Assembly: GCA_963827685.1 (NCBI GenBank)
Contig: CAWHBU010000003.1
Span: 448,001-512,000, forward strand
From: an uncultured delta proteobacterium
GTDB lineage: Bacteria > Desulfobacterota > BSN033 > UBA1163
Reading direction: 5' to 3'
Length of the DNA stretch: 64,000 nt
Part shown: positions 1-10,509 of the stretch, piece after piece
Numbering within the stretch: the stretch's first letter is position 1
Layout: each line of letters begins with the position of its first letter
Notes under the pieces: generated by a model
Databases searched by the model: none
What the model was told of the DNA's origin: nothing
Seen by the model: the letters and a program-made list of their open reading frames with translations, nothing else
Program-made: the position numbers and the translations under genes

Positions 1-2446
1 CCATTTTCGCTTCGAAGCAGGCCTTGTTATACCACCCCGTCGCATTATTTCTGTTAATCTGGACAATACTATCCCAGCAACTGATCGCTTCTTCGTACCG
101 ACTTAATTTAGAGAGTGCCAGTCCTTTAAAAATTAAGGCATCGATGTTCGTCCATTCCTTACCCAGAACGGCATCCAAACAATTCAAGGCTTCTCCATAC
201 TGTCCTAAGTTCAATAAAACCTGTCCCTTGGCTAATAATGTGGCGGTGTACTCCGGGTTCATTTTTAACGCCTCATTCAAACAAGATAACGCCTCATCAT
301 ATCTGCCAAGGTTGAGAAGGGCGAGCCCCTTCGTGCCAAATAATTGATGATTTGCAGGATTTATCTTCAATGATTTATCCGCACACGCGATGGCCTCTGG
401 GTACCTCCCAAGATTGGATAGCGCCCTTGCCTGATGATCCCATGTGCTGAAATCTTCCGGATCTATTTCCGATGCCTTTTCCAAATATTCTAAGGCCTCC
501 TCGTTTCTTCCCAGGTTGATCATAATCATGCCCTTCAGCTTTAAGGCGTCTTCCCAGTTGCGATGCAGCACTAATGCCTTATTGGCGTATTCCAGGGCCT
601 CATCATATTTTTGGGCATCTAAAAATATTTTTGTTTTACTGGCCCATGGCAGTTCAAATGACGGATTGATTCCTATGGCTTTGTCAAAACACTCTACCGC
701 TTCCCTTGTATTGCCTTGTTTCAAAAATTCTGTTCCTTTGTTGTGCCACGTGATCTCGTCTTCAGGAAGAATGTTGTATCCCAAGAGATTCAATCCACCG
801 GTCAATGCCTTCAGACGGTTTTGAAACCTTCCCCGATCTTCCTCTTTTTTAAACTTGACTTGGGTGACAAATCCCTCTCTCATCCATTTGACATTTACCC
901 TGAATCGGACCGAGTGGGGTGCTCCCAGATAGAATTCATTTCTTGACTCAGGAGATATTTCCAGAAGGGTGTGCGTTCCGGGGGGGTAACTTGGAACTCT
1001 TGCCCCGATGATAAATTTTTCAGCTTTTTTCCTTTTGACCTTGTCCATCTTGTCGAATCTTGTCTGAATGTAGTATTCTGAGAAACCTCTAAGAAGAATG
1101 TTTTCGATGAGCTTGTGGTATAAATTGAAAATGGGATTTTCTGAAAAGCCGACAAAGAACTCTTTGGTATCCACCACACCTTTTGAAGCGCATAAATATT
1201 TCAAATACAGCAGGTCAAACGGGCCCCCTTTGAAGCGAAGCTTTGCATCCTCTTCGGATAGGACATGATCTTTTTTAAGCCGCTTGATAAAATCCATGGT
1301 CAGGGATTTCCTGGTGTGAATATCTTTGGGTTGCAACGTATCCATTTCCTCGAGTAACATAAATTCAGCAAGCCATTTCTTTGAAGCATTTGGAAATTCA
1401 AGCAAAGATATTAAGACCTTTAAAAGGTCTGTCCCATAACCTTTCACCTTGTTCGCTATGTCGTAGCGCCCTCCTTTCCTGAATCGCTCGATTTCTTTCA
1501 AAACATCGTCCAATACCGCAGGGGTGAGCGCTATCTTAGGATTCTTTCCATCTTTCCATCTACGATACATATAATGAGCGATCAGGTTTATCTCGTAAGG
1601 AGTGCCATGGGTAATCGCATGGATTTCCCCGATACAGGCATGATCAAAAGCTCTTTTTCCCTCACTGGTCAGCGGCTTAAGCAGGCATTCTTCGGTCTCC
1701 TTGACATTTTTGAAGTTCTCAACACTGATTCTTCTAAAAAACCTGGGGAGAGGCGAAAAAACGTTGCTAATAGAGGGGAGCATGTTTTCCGTCCCGGAAA
1801 ATACCACGACATAGCCTTCCACCTCCATCAAGGCATTTCTTATTTTCTGCAAAAGAACTTTGTTCTGTGCCAATAAATCGCACTCGTCAAAAAGCAAGAC
1901 AATGGTTGGAATATGCTTCTTTCGGGCCTCTTGATGGATGCCGTTTAAATCGTGGAGCAAAACCTTTTGAGGGATTCCTCTGTTCCTTTTTTTCTTAAAT
2001 CCGATATAAGCGCTTCCGTATAGAAAAGGGATCTTTGCTTCTGCCTGGATATCGAGTCTGTCAACCACTTTTCGGTAGGCTCTGTAAACGGTGCCGGTGA
2101 TCCCTCCGTACAGTCCCTTTTCTGCACCTTTTGTAATGATTCCGTCAAAGACTTCTTTGAAAAACAAAACATCATTCTGCACCGTTTCTTTATTGAGCGG
2201 GATTTTGACTGTAAGGCACCCTAAATCCTTTGCGGTGCATTCGATGATGTTGAGAAAGCTTGTTTTGCCCGCAAAGCTTGGGCCTACAAGGGCAAAGTGA
2301 AAATAGGTGGGTTTTTCACTTTTGGAGAGCTTCAAATAGTATTCTATTTCTTCGAGCTCACCATGCCTTCCGGCAAAAAGCTTCGGGTCTCTAATCGGGT
2401 TGATGAAGTCGTATGGGTTATGATGCTTTTTTTGTTTTGGAGCCAT
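1..2446 (-). CDS. P-loop NTPase (STAND/AAA-like) with C-terminal TPR repeats; runs off the left edge (>815 aa)
   Basis: Not in the ORF track. ATG at 2446 follows an AGGAG RBS. Manual translation gives NPY..F.GR..E, Walker A GPSFAGKTS, Walker B IVLLFDECD and in-frame TPR units (e.g. DEALSCLNEALKMNPEY). Confidence 0.8.
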   Translation of the reverse strand, partial: MAPKQKKHHNPYDFINPIRDPKLFAGRHGELEEIEYYLKLSKSEKPTYFHFALVGPSFAGKTSFLNIIECTAKDLGCLTVKIPLNKETVQNDVLFFKEVFDGIITKGAEKGLYGGITGTVYRAYRKVVDRLDIQAEAKIPFLYGSAYIGFKKKRNRGIPQKVLLHDLNGIHQEARKKHIPTIVLLFDECDLLAQNKVLLQKIRNALMEVEGYVVVFSGTENMLPSISNVFSPLPRFFRRISVENFKNVKETEECLLKPLTSEGKRAFDHACIGEIHAITHGTPYEINLIAHYMYRRWKDGKNPKIALTPAVLDDVLKEIERFRKGGRYDIANKVKGYGTDLLKVLISLLEFPNASKKWLAEFMLLEEMDTLQPKDIHTRKSLTMDFIKRLKKDHVLSEEDAKLRFKGGPFDLLYLKYLCASKGVVDTKEFFVGFSENPIFNLYHKLIENILLRGFSEYYIQTRFDKMDKVKRKKAEKFIIGARVPSYPPGTHTLLEISPESRNEFYLGAPHSVRFRVNVKWMREGFVTQVKFKKEEDRGRFQNRLKALTGGLNLLGYNILPEDEITWHNKGTEFLKQGNTREAVECFDKAIGINPSFELPWASKTKIFLDAQKYDEALEYANKALVLHRNWEDALKLKGMIMINLGRNEEALEYLEKASEIDPEDFSTWDHQARALSNLGRYPEAIACADKSLKINPANHQLFGTKGLALLNLGRYDEALSCLNEALKMNPEYTATLLAKGQVLLNLGQYGEALNCLDAVLGKEWTNIDALIFKGLALSKLSRYEEAISCWDSIVQINRNNATGWYNKACFEAKM

Positions 2447-2465
2447 ACTCTTTTCTCCTGGCCGG

Positions 2466-2590
2466 AACGTGCCCCGCAATCCCCGCCTCGTAGGCGGGGT
2501 CAAGGGGCGTAATATAGAACGAAACTACCTTACCGGGAAGCCCCGGCGTGCCTGTCCCGTCTTGACGGGATGGCCGGGGAGCTTCACTTC
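2466..2590. repeat. GC-rich palindromic element resembling an IS200/IS605-type end remnant
   Basis: Hairpins CCCCGCCTCGTAGGCGGGG and GAAGCCCCGGC...GCCGGGGAGCTTCAC. Confidence 0.4.
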
Positions 2591-2732
2591 ATAGGATTAA
2601 ATGTTTGTTTATCATCACTATGGGCTAAGCGTTTTCGGGTGCTCATTATATCAGCTTCGTTTTGCTTTGTAAACTTTTTGTTTGATTTTTCAATTGTCGG
2701 ATCTATACAATTCTGATATAAATGAATTCATT

Positions 2733-4265
2733 ATGTTGGCAAGGGTCTTGAGCAGTGCAGTTTTTGGAATTGATGCCTACGTCGTAGAGGTGGAGGTAGA
2801 CATCGCTCAGGGTCTACCTACCTTTGCAACCGTTGGGCTTCCTGAGGGGGCAGTGAAGGAATCCAAGGACAGGGTCAAGGCAGCGGTCAAGAACTGCGGC
2901 TATGACTTTCCCGCTCGAAGGATTACTGTCAATCTGGCTCCAGCCGATATCAAGAAGGAAGGCACCGCCTTCGACCTCCCCATGGCCATTGGCATCCTGG
3001 CCGCGACGGAGGTCGTTCAAAAGGGAAAACTCTCTCAATATTTCATTTTGGGGGAGCTCTCCCTCGACGGACAGGTCAAGCCGATCAAAGGGACGCTTCC
3101 GATTGCGGTGGCGGCAAGAGATGCCGACCTCAAAGGGATCCTTCTGCCCAGGGAGAACTCTAAAGAAGCAGCCGTGGTGAAAGGGATTGATATCCTTCCT
3201 CTGGATACTCTTTCGGATTGTGTTCAATTCTTAAACGGAAGCCTTCCTATCGATCCGGTTGCAGTGGATCTCGATGATATCTTCAAGACAGAAATGAATT
3301 ATCCGGTTGATTTTAACGATGTGAAGGGTCAGGAGCATGTGAAGCGTTGTCTGGAAGTGGCCGCCGCGGGGGGTCACAATGTCATTATGATCGGTCCACC
3401 TGGTTCTGGCAAAACCATGCTGGCCAAGAGATTCCCAACGATACTACCCGATATGAATTTTGAAGAAAGTCTTGAAACCACAAAGATCCATAGCGTTATG
3501 GGGTTGATCCCTCCGGACAATGCCCTGATTGTCACCCGACCGTTCCGTAGTCCTCACCACACGATCTCGGATGCAGGCCTCATTGGAGGAGGACAGATCC
3601 CGAAACCCGGAGAGGTGAGTCTTTCTCATAATGGGGTTCTTTTCTTGGACGAACTGCCCGAATTCAAGAAGAATGTTCTGGAGGTCATGCGCCAACCCTT
3701 GGAAGAGGAGAGGGTGACGATCTCTCGGGCAGCCACCTCCCTCACCTACCCTGCCCGCTTTATGCTGGTCGGTGCTATGAACCCCTGCCCGTGCGGTTAT
3801 TATAGTGACCCCAACAATGAATGCACTTGCACCATTCCGCAGATCCAGCGTTACCGATCCAAGATCTCCGGTCCGTTGATGGATCGAATCGATATTCATA
3901 TTGAAGTCCCCGCAGTGAAGTATCGCGACCTGGCGAGTCGTGAACCAGGAGAGTCTTCCAGGGAAATGAAGAAACGGATCGATGCGGCCAGAAAGACCCA
4001 GCTCAATCGTTTCAAAGGGCTGAAGATCTACTGCAATGCGCAGATGACGAACCGCCATATCAAGAAGTTTTGCCAGATCGATGAGGCGAGCCAGAAATTA
4101 TTAGAATTGGCCATTGATAAGTTTGGATTAAGTGCCAGGGCTTATACACGCATCCTAAAGGTGGCCCGGACCATTGCCGATTTGGAAGGCCAGGAGAATA
4201 TCCAGCCCGCCCACCTCTCCGAAGCGATTCAATACAGAAGTCTGGATAGGAATTTGATTTCGTAA
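2733..4265 (+). CDS. comM: YifB/ComM Mg-chelatase-like AAA+ ATPase
   Basis: Typical motifs: [63 protein letters not shown]. Confidence 0.95.
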   Translation: MLARVLSSAVFGIDAYVVEVEVDIAQGLPTFATVGLPEGAVKESKDRVKAAVKNCGYDFPARRITVNLAPADIKKEGTAFDLPMAIGILAATEVVQKGKLSQYFILGELSLDGQVKPIKGTLPIAVAARDADLKGILLPRENSKEAAVVKGIDILPLDTLSDCVQFLNGSLPIDPVAVDLDDIFKTEMNYPVDFNDVKGQEHVKRCLEVAAAGGHNVIMIGPPGSGKTMLAKRFPTILPDMNFEESLETTKIHSVMGLIPPDNALIVTRPFRSPHHTISDAGLIGGGQIPKPGEVSLSHNGVLFLDELPEFKKNVLEVMRQPLEEERVTISRAATSLTYPARFMLVGAMNPCPCGYYSDPNNECTCTIPQIQRYRSKISGPLMDRIDIHIEVPAVKYRDLASREPGESSREMKKRIDAARKTQLNRFKGLKIYCNAQMTNRHIKKFCQIDEASQKLLELAIDKFGLSARAYTRILKVARTIADLEGQENIQPAHLSEAIQYRSLDRNLIS

Positions 4266-4596
4266 GAATACCTCCGCTTGCTTCTCCAATCACAACATTC
4301 CTATTTAGAGACGGCTTCTACTCTTTCGGGAAATGACAAACAAAAGAAAGATAAGTTATAATCCATTAAATTTAAAGGATCCCTCAATCAATAAACTAAT
4401 AACAATACAGACCATTTACTAAGGAATACATAATTAAGAAGACATATTTTTCTGAAAATCCCCCCTAACCCCTCTTTGCCTGTATAATGACAGGAAAAGG
4501 ATTACCAAAGAGGGAAATTCCTCTCTTTCATAAAAAGCGGGGAAGGAGGGATTTAGTCTCCAGTGTCTGCATAATTATCGACTGACTAATAAGATA

Positions 4597-6159
4597 ATGA
4601 CCGAATCTCTTGATCTCCTTTTCATTCATGTACCCAAATTCTCCAATTTCTACCGTCCCTTCGGCGAGTATATGACCGTCAATCTCCTTCCCATGGGAAC
4701 CCTGTCCCTTGCTGATCTTGGCGCACAAAAAGGATATAAGACCAGAATCTTACATTTGGGTCTGGAGTGGATCGAAAAGAAAGTCTCCTCGCCCCTCGTC
4801 TATTTGAAGGATAAGGAGATCGGGGTGGTTGCAATCCCGCTCCACTTTCACCCGCAGTCCTATGAGGTAATGAGAATCGCCAAAGAGATAAAAGAGAAGA
4901 GACCGGATATTACCATCCTATCGGGTGGGTACACTGCCAGTCTCTTTCATCAAGAGATTATGACTTCTTCTCCTCAGATCGATGCCGTCATCCGCGGCGA
5001 TGCTGAAACCCCTCTCATCGAGTTGATGAATGCTGTGAAAGAAGGAAGGGAATGGGAAAACATTCCCAATCTCACCTGGAGAAAGGATGGAGAGATCAGG
5101 GAAAATCCTCTCTCCTATGTGGCCTCAGAAGACGATTTGGGTCGATCCTCCTATACCAATCTTTCTCTGCTCCATGACAAGGAGACTTATATTCACTATA
5201 TCGGAATGCCTTTTATCTGGGCCAAAGGGCTTTCCAAAGAAAGGAACAGACGATACTTTCATCTTGGCCCTCCTCTCTTCCCTCTCAATATCGGCAGAGG
5301 ATGTTTTGGAAACTGTACCTGGTGCGGAGGCGGTGCAGAGGCCCAGCAAAGAGTCAATCGCAGAAAGGGAGTGGTTTTCCGCTCACCGGAAGCTGTCGCC
5401 AACACGGTGGCCGAAGCGCTCGAATTAGGTTACGAGATGTTCAATATGGCCTTTGATCCTGGGAAAGAAGGAGAAAGATATTATCTAGAATTATTTCCCC
5501 TATTGAGAAGAAAGAAGCTTCGAGCAAAAGTTTACTTTGAATCTTTCTCTCTCCCTTCGGAGCGCTTCTTCCGGGAATTCGCTGACACCTTCACTCTCGA
5601 TGGCTCGATGATCGCCCTCTCTCCTGAGTCCGGAGATGAAAGCGTGAGGCATCGAAACAAGACATTCACTTACTCCAACGAGGAATTGATGAAAGCCATT
5701 TCCTTGGCAGAAAGGTTTAGGATCAGAACAGATCTCTTCTTTGCCATGGGAATACCCGGGGAAAGATATTCTGATTTATTTAAGACCTCTGCATTGAGAA
5801 GAGAGATCAAGAGAAGGTTTAAAAATATAGGAAGGATCTGGTCTGCTCCAATATCCCTGGAACCTGCCTCTCCCTGGCACCTCCACCCGGAGGAGTTCGG
5901 CATCGTTTCGACGAAGCAGACCTTTGCTGACTTCTACCAGAGCAATTCTCCCGGACGTGGAGGATTGGGCTACTCCATCCCTGACTATATGGGAGATGGA
6001 AAGGAATTGAGCCCACAGGATTTTGAGAAGATCTTAAGGGAGACCAAGTGTCGGGACTTCTGTTCCTTTCATCCCAATCCGGTGAAAGCCAGCGATCCCT
6101 TTTGGGGGAGACTCTTCTGTCGGTACATGAGCTGGCGTTCGAGAGGTGGCCGTGGCTAA
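4597..6159 (+). CDS. Cobalamin-binding radical SAM protein
   Basis: N-terminal B12-binding-like region (GGYTAS, DAVIRGDAE) and CxxxCxxC motif GRGCFGNCTWC. Confidence 0.85.
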   Translation: MTESLDLLFIHVPKFSNFYRPFGEYMTVNLLPMGTLSLADLGAQKGYKTRILHLGLEWIEKKVSSPLVYLKDKEIGVVAIPLHFHPQSYEVMRIAKEIKEKRPDITILSGGYTASLFHQEIMTSSPQIDAVIRGDAETPLIELMNAVKEGREWENIPNLTWRKDGEIRENPLSYVASEDDLGRSSYTNLSLLHDKETYIHYIGMPFIWAKGLSKERNRRYFHLGPPLFPLNIGRGCFGNCTWCGGGAEAQQRVNRRKGVVFRSPEAVANTVAEALELGYEMFNMAFDPGKEGERYYLELFPLLRRKKLRAKVYFESFSLPSERFFREFADTFTLDGSMIALSPESGDESVRHRNKTFTYSNEELMKAISLAERFRIRTDLFFAMGIPGERYSDLFKTSALRREIKRRFKNIGRIWSAPISLEPASPWHLHPEEFGIVSTKQTFADFYQSNSPGRGGLGYSIPDYMGDGKELSPQDFEKILRETKCRDFCSFHPNPVKASDPFWGRLFCRYMSWRSRGGRG

Positions 6160-7399
6160 AGTCAACCCTTCAACTCCCCAACCTGAAGGTCAGGCCTCTC
6201 TCAGGGTTAACCCTGAACGGGTTAATTTTGTAGATGGAACCTTGAGAGAGGGTGAGCAGTCTCCTGGCGTATACTTCACCAAGGAGGAGAAGATTCAAAT
6301 TGCCCAGGAATTGAACCGAATCGGTGTGCCCATTCTCGACGTGGGAATGCCGTCGATATCTGCCGAGGAGCGGGAAGCCATCTCTGCCGTCGCCCACCAG
6401 GGGCTCAAGGCATCCATCGGAGTATCCATCCGGCTTAAAAGGGATGAGGTGGACCAGGCTTTTGAATGCGGTGTTAAGGAAGTCTTCCTGATCTGCCCTG
6501 TGAGCTCCCTCCATATACGTTCAAAGCTCGGATTGGATGAAGAGGGAGTGAAGAGGCTATCTGAGGATACGGTTCGATATGCCTGCCAGAAAGGACTTCT
6601 GGTCAATCTGGTGGCCGAAGATGCCTCACGGGCTGAAATTTCATTTCTCTGCGAAATCCTTCTTCATACCTATCACTGGGGAGCTCAAAGGGCTTTTATT
6701 TGCGACACCGTGGGAGTGATGGAACCTTTTAAAATGAAGGACCTGGTCAAAAAAGTGAGAGATCAAATTCCACAGGAAATGGAGTTGGGTGTCCACTGTC
6801 ACAACGATCTCGGTCTTGCCGCAGCCAATACCTTAGCGGGCATAGAGGCTGGGGTAAATTATCCGTCGGTCACTGTCAATGGGATTGGCGAACGGGCAGG
6901 GAATGCCTCCCTTCATGAGATCGTCATGGCTCTGGAGAAGATCTTCCATCGGAAACATGGGATTGATATGCAAAGGCTTTATGACATCTCCCAGCTCGTG
7001 GAGCAGTGCTCGGGGATCTTCATCCCTCCTCATGCCCCGATCATCGGACTCAATGCCTTTCGCCACGAATCGGGTATCCATGTGGATGGCCTTCTTAAAA
7101 ACAACGAAACATATGCAGTGGTCGATCCAAAAGAGGTGGGAAGGGCTTCCTCTTTCGTCCTGGGAAAACACACAGGCACGCAGGCCATCCTGCACCTTTT
7201 ACAACAGAGGGGGTATGAAGCAAACGGGGAGGAATTGAGGGAGATTCTGTGGAGGGTTAAAGAGAAAAAGATAGCAAAAGGAAAGGTGGAGATCGATCGA
7301 ATGGTGAAAGAGATAGGGAAGTATTATGAACAGTCTCTCAATTTTCCGTTGGAAGCCTTCTGGGGGATTGTAAAAGAGGTTTTAAAGAAAGATGAGTAA
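6146..7399 (+). CDS. Homocitrate/2-isopropylmalate synthase family (DRE-TIM), without the LeuA regulatory domain
   Basis: DGTLREGEQ, HCHNDLG, NGIGERAGNA, HESGIH, LGKHTG; 417 aa. Confidence 0.9.
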   Translation: MAVAKVNPSTPQPEGQASLRVNPERVNFVDGTLREGEQSPGVYFTKEEKIQIAQELNRIGVPILDVGMPSISAEEREAISAVAHQGLKASIGVSIRLKRDEVDQAFECGVKEVFLICPVSSLHIRSKLGLDEEGVKRLSEDTVRYACQKGLLVNLVAEDASRAEISFLCEILLHTYHWGAQRAFICDTVGVMEPFKMKDLVKKVRDQIPQEMELGVHCHNDLGLAAANTLAGIEAGVNYPSVTVNGIGERAGNASLHEIVMALEKIFHRKHGIDMQRLYDISQLVEQCSGIFIPPHAPIIGLNAFRHESGIHVDGLLKNNETYAVVDPKEVGRASSFVLGKHTGTQAILHLLQQRGYEANGEELREILWRVKEKKIAKGKVEIDRMVKEIGKYYEQSLNFPLEAFWGIVKEVLKKDE

Positions 7400-8639
7400 G
7401 GGATATACTGGTCAAATCATTCAGAGACATGCGGATGGGAAAAGGGAGGGCGAATACCTTTCCGTCAATGTCGATTTCGTTCTTTTGCCCGACCCAACCT
7501 TTGCTCTTCTCCTCTCGGAAATGAAAACACTGGGAAGCAAGATCTGGGATAAGAAGAGGGTCTTCGTTACAGTCGATCACTTTGCACCTCCCTCAACAAT
7601 CGAACGAGCCAATATAGCCAAGGCAGTCATCTCCTTTGCCATGGAGGAAGAGATGCCCAACCATTCCATCTACCAGGGAATCTGCCACCAGCTCCTGGTG
7701 GAGGGCGCTTGGTTAAAGCCGGGGATGTTAGTCCTTGGGGCCGACTCACACACAACAACTGCCGGAGCTCTTGGCTGTTTGGCAACGGGTATGGGTTCTA
7801 CGGATATTCTCTATACACTCGTTACAGGAAAGACGTGGCTCAGGCCTCCTGACGCAGTACGAATCAATCTCAAGGGAAAACTTCCTCCTTATATCATGGG
7901 AAAGGACATTATCCTGGAACTTCTTGGAAGATATGGAGAAGGGGGATTTCTCTATCAAGCTCTCGAGTTTTATGACATGGATGGAGTCATCTCAATGGAT
8001 GACAGGTTTGCCATCTGTAATATGGTGGTTGAGGGAGGAGCGAAGAACGGGCTCTTTAACCCTGACAGGGTGACCCGGAGATATTTAGAGAAGAGGGATG
8101 GCCATTTCGACGATTGGAGAGATAGCTTCGATGGAGAACCTCCCTACACAATAAGGATGGAGATTGATCTCTCCACACTTCATCCGAAGGTAGCGCTTCC
8201 TCATAGCCCTGCTCAAGGAGTGGATGTTGATGACATCAAAGACGAGGTCATCCAGCAGGTTTTCATCGGCTCGTGCACAGGCGGAAGGCTCAGGGATCTG
8301 GAATGGACAGCTCGCCTCCTTCGGAAAAAGAAGATCGCTCCAGGGATGAAACTCCTCATCTCGCCGGCCTCACAGAAGATCTACCAGGAGGCTATCCAAA
8401 AAAGGTACATTCAAACGATCCTGGAAGCAGGCGGAGTGATTCTCAACCCGAGCTGTGGTCTATGCGGAGGCATCGATAAAGGGATTCTTGGAGCCGGGGA
8501 AAAATGTCTGAGCACTTCCAATAGAAACTTTCAGGGCAGGATGGGAGATCCCTCTTCCAGAATCTACCTCGCTTCTCCTCTCACTGCGGCAGCCTCTGCT
8601 CTGGCAGGGAGGATCATGGATCCAAGAGAGGTGATGTAA
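7392..8639 (+). CDS. 3-isopropylmalate dehydratase/homoaconitase large subunit-like
   Basis: GICHQ, GADSHT, IGSCTGGR, CGLC, STSNRNFQGRMG, YLASP. Confidence 0.9.
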   Translation: MSKGYTGQIIQRHADGKREGEYLSVNVDFVLLPDPTFALLLSEMKTLGSKIWDKKRVFVTVDHFAPPSTIERANIAKAVISFAMEEEMPNHSIYQGICHQLLVEGAWLKPGMLVLGADSHTTTAGALGCLATGMGSTDILYTLVTGKTWLRPPDAVRINLKGKLPPYIMGKDIILELLGRYGEGGFLYQALEFYDMDGVISMDDRFAICNMVVEGGAKNGLFNPDRVTRRYLEKRDGHFDDWRDSFDGEPPYTIRMEIDLSTLHPKVALPHSPAQGVDVDDIKDEVIQQVFIGSCTGGRLRDLEWTARLLRKKKIAPGMKLLISPASQKIYQEAIQKRYIQTILEAGGVILNPSCGLCGGIDKGILGAGEKCLSTSNRNFQGRMGDPSSRIYLASPLTAAASALAGRIMDPREVM

Positions 8640-9154
8640 TGGGTCTTCCCAAAAGGATCACAGGTCGGGTCTGGAAATTGGGGGACCATATCAATACAGA
8701 CATCCTCCACCCTTCACCCTACTTCAGCCTGAACGAGGCGAGAGTGAATGAGGGTTTGGTTGAAGGGATGGAGAGACTGGGCAGGAATGCAAAAAAGGAT
8801 TCACCTGATGAAGAAATCATCATCGTTGCCGGGGAGAACTTCGGTTGTGGTTCGAGCCGTGAGACTTCGGTGAGAGGATTGAGAAGCGTTGGTGTCAGAG
8901 GAGTGGTAGCCAAATGTTTTGCCAGAATCTTTTTCCGGAGTCTGGCCAACCTCGGCCTCCCAGCCCTTGAGTGCCGAGACATCCAGGAAAGGGTGATGGA
9001 TGGAGATTCAGTCCTCCTTTCCATTGAAGAAGGATGGGTTGAACTGATGGATAAGAGACGTTTTCCTTTTTCTCCCATCGACACCCACATCAAAAAGATC
9101 TTAGAGGCCGGGGGGCTTATCCCCTACCTTCGGAGGGAGAGGGATGAGAGATGA
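8639..9154 (+). CDS. 3-isopropylmalate dehydratase/homoaconitase small subunit-like
   Basis: GDHINTD, AGENFGCGSSRE, FARIFFR, GGLIPY. Confidence 0.9.
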   Translation: MGLPKRITGRVWKLGDHINTDILHPSPYFSLNEARVNEGLVEGMERLGRNAKKDSPDEEIIIVAGENFGCGSSRETSVRGLRSVGVRGVVAKCFARIFFRSLANLGLPALECRDIQERVMDGDSVLLSIEEGWVELMDKRRFPFSPIDTHIKKILEAGGLIPYLRRERDER

Positions 9155-10373
9155 GATATGACCGGGATGTGATTGTGGTGGGAGGAGGGCCCGCAGGCTC
9201 AATGCCGCCATCAGAGCCCGATGGGTCAAGAGATACAAGGTCATCCCTTGTAGCACCCTTCTGGTTGAAAACTCCTACCTCGGTGGCTTGGCGAGCTGGC
9301 AGGGATGTCTCTTTACTGGCCCCTCATGGAAGATAAAGGGAAAAGATATTGTCCATCGCCTCCTGAAGGATATAAAGAGTCTGGAGATAGGAGTCCATCA
9401 GGGAAGAGTAAACCGGATCAACCTCCAGGGCGAAATAAAGGAGGTCTTCACCTCCGATGGAAAGGTCTTCCGCTCATTAGCAGTGATCATTGCCACCGGG
9501 ATTAAGGTCCTTGTCAACGAGAGAGACTATCTTGGCCGCGGTCTTGAAGTGACCAGTATGGGTTATGAATTTATCGTCTCTCATCTCAGGAAACTTCTCA
9601 GCAAAAGGTGGAAACCGAGACTGGTCATCGTGGGAAGTTCCAAGCTACGAAATCTTATCCCCTTGATTAAAGATCTAAACACCGGTCGATTTCCCCTCCT
9701 ATTCGTCATAGAAGGAAATGGGGAAGGACAGGGAGAAGAAAACGGAGACATCGTTCGAGGCTGGGTGGAAAGATATTGGGGGAATGAACAGCTTCAGGGA
9801 TTAACCCTTCAAACACCCAATGGGACTCGTAAAATAACATGCGGGAAAGTCCTCTTAGATTTTAACTCCTACGAACTTACACCTATCTGGCGGTTAGGGA
9901 TAGCGACTGAGGATACGAGTTCCCCTTTTATCAAAGTGGATCAGGATATGCAGACAACCATTCCAGGTTTATTCGCTGCTGGAGATGCGACTTCAGGTGG
10001 TTACAACTCTTTCTCCAGGGCAGTCTCCCAGGGGATCGCTGCAGGTCTGAGCGCTTACCGTTATGTCTATCAAAAGAAATTCGGCGTCTCTCCACCACTC
10101 TTTGCCTATCGGCCGACAGATTTTCTTATTTCATCCCACTTCCAGGAGCTTCCTTCTCTGGATGAAAAGCTTCTTCCAATGTCCTTGGTTTCCAAAAAAG
10201 AGATTAAGGCTGCCTTAGGGAAAGGCTGGTCATGGTTAGAAGAGAATCTTCGAGGGAGGTCCTCTATTCAGAAAATGGCTGAAGAGAGAAAAATCCCTTT
10301 AGAAGATTTCAAGAGGGTGTTAGTCCATTTAGTTGAAAAGAAGATGATCACCTTCCATATTGATCGAATGTGA
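9151..10373 (+). CDS. FAD-dependent pyridine nucleotide-disulfide oxidoreductase-like protein with a frameshift near 9198-9200
   Basis: VIVVGGGPAG (ORF 9151) continues after one missing base as (L)NAAIRARW...YLGGLASW into ORF 9288, which has IIATG and TTIPGLFAAGD. Confidence 0.75.
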
Positions 10374-10394
10374 ATCCTCCCTGGGGTTAATGTT

Positions 10395-10500
10395 TTTTGT
10401 AGCGTCGGCATTTAATGCCGACGGGATTTCGCCCCCAATAAATGGGGGCGCTACTACGAATTTTCTCCCCTTTAGAAGAGGAGGGGATGGGGGATATGGA
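10395..10500. repeat. REP-like palindromic intergenic element
   Basis: CGTCGGCATTTAATGCCGACG and GCCCCCAATAAATGGGGGC hairpins. Confidence 0.55.
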
Positions 10501-10509
10501 GATAGAAGA

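Noticed and set aside
24-2512. Short plus-strand ORFs of 69-126 aa
   Set aside because: They are antisense shadows of the long minus-strand NTPase-TPR gene.
6146-9154. Housekeeping leuACD or nifV assignment
   Set aside because: No leuB, no LeuA regulatory domain, no nif genes and an island context, so gene symbols were withheld.
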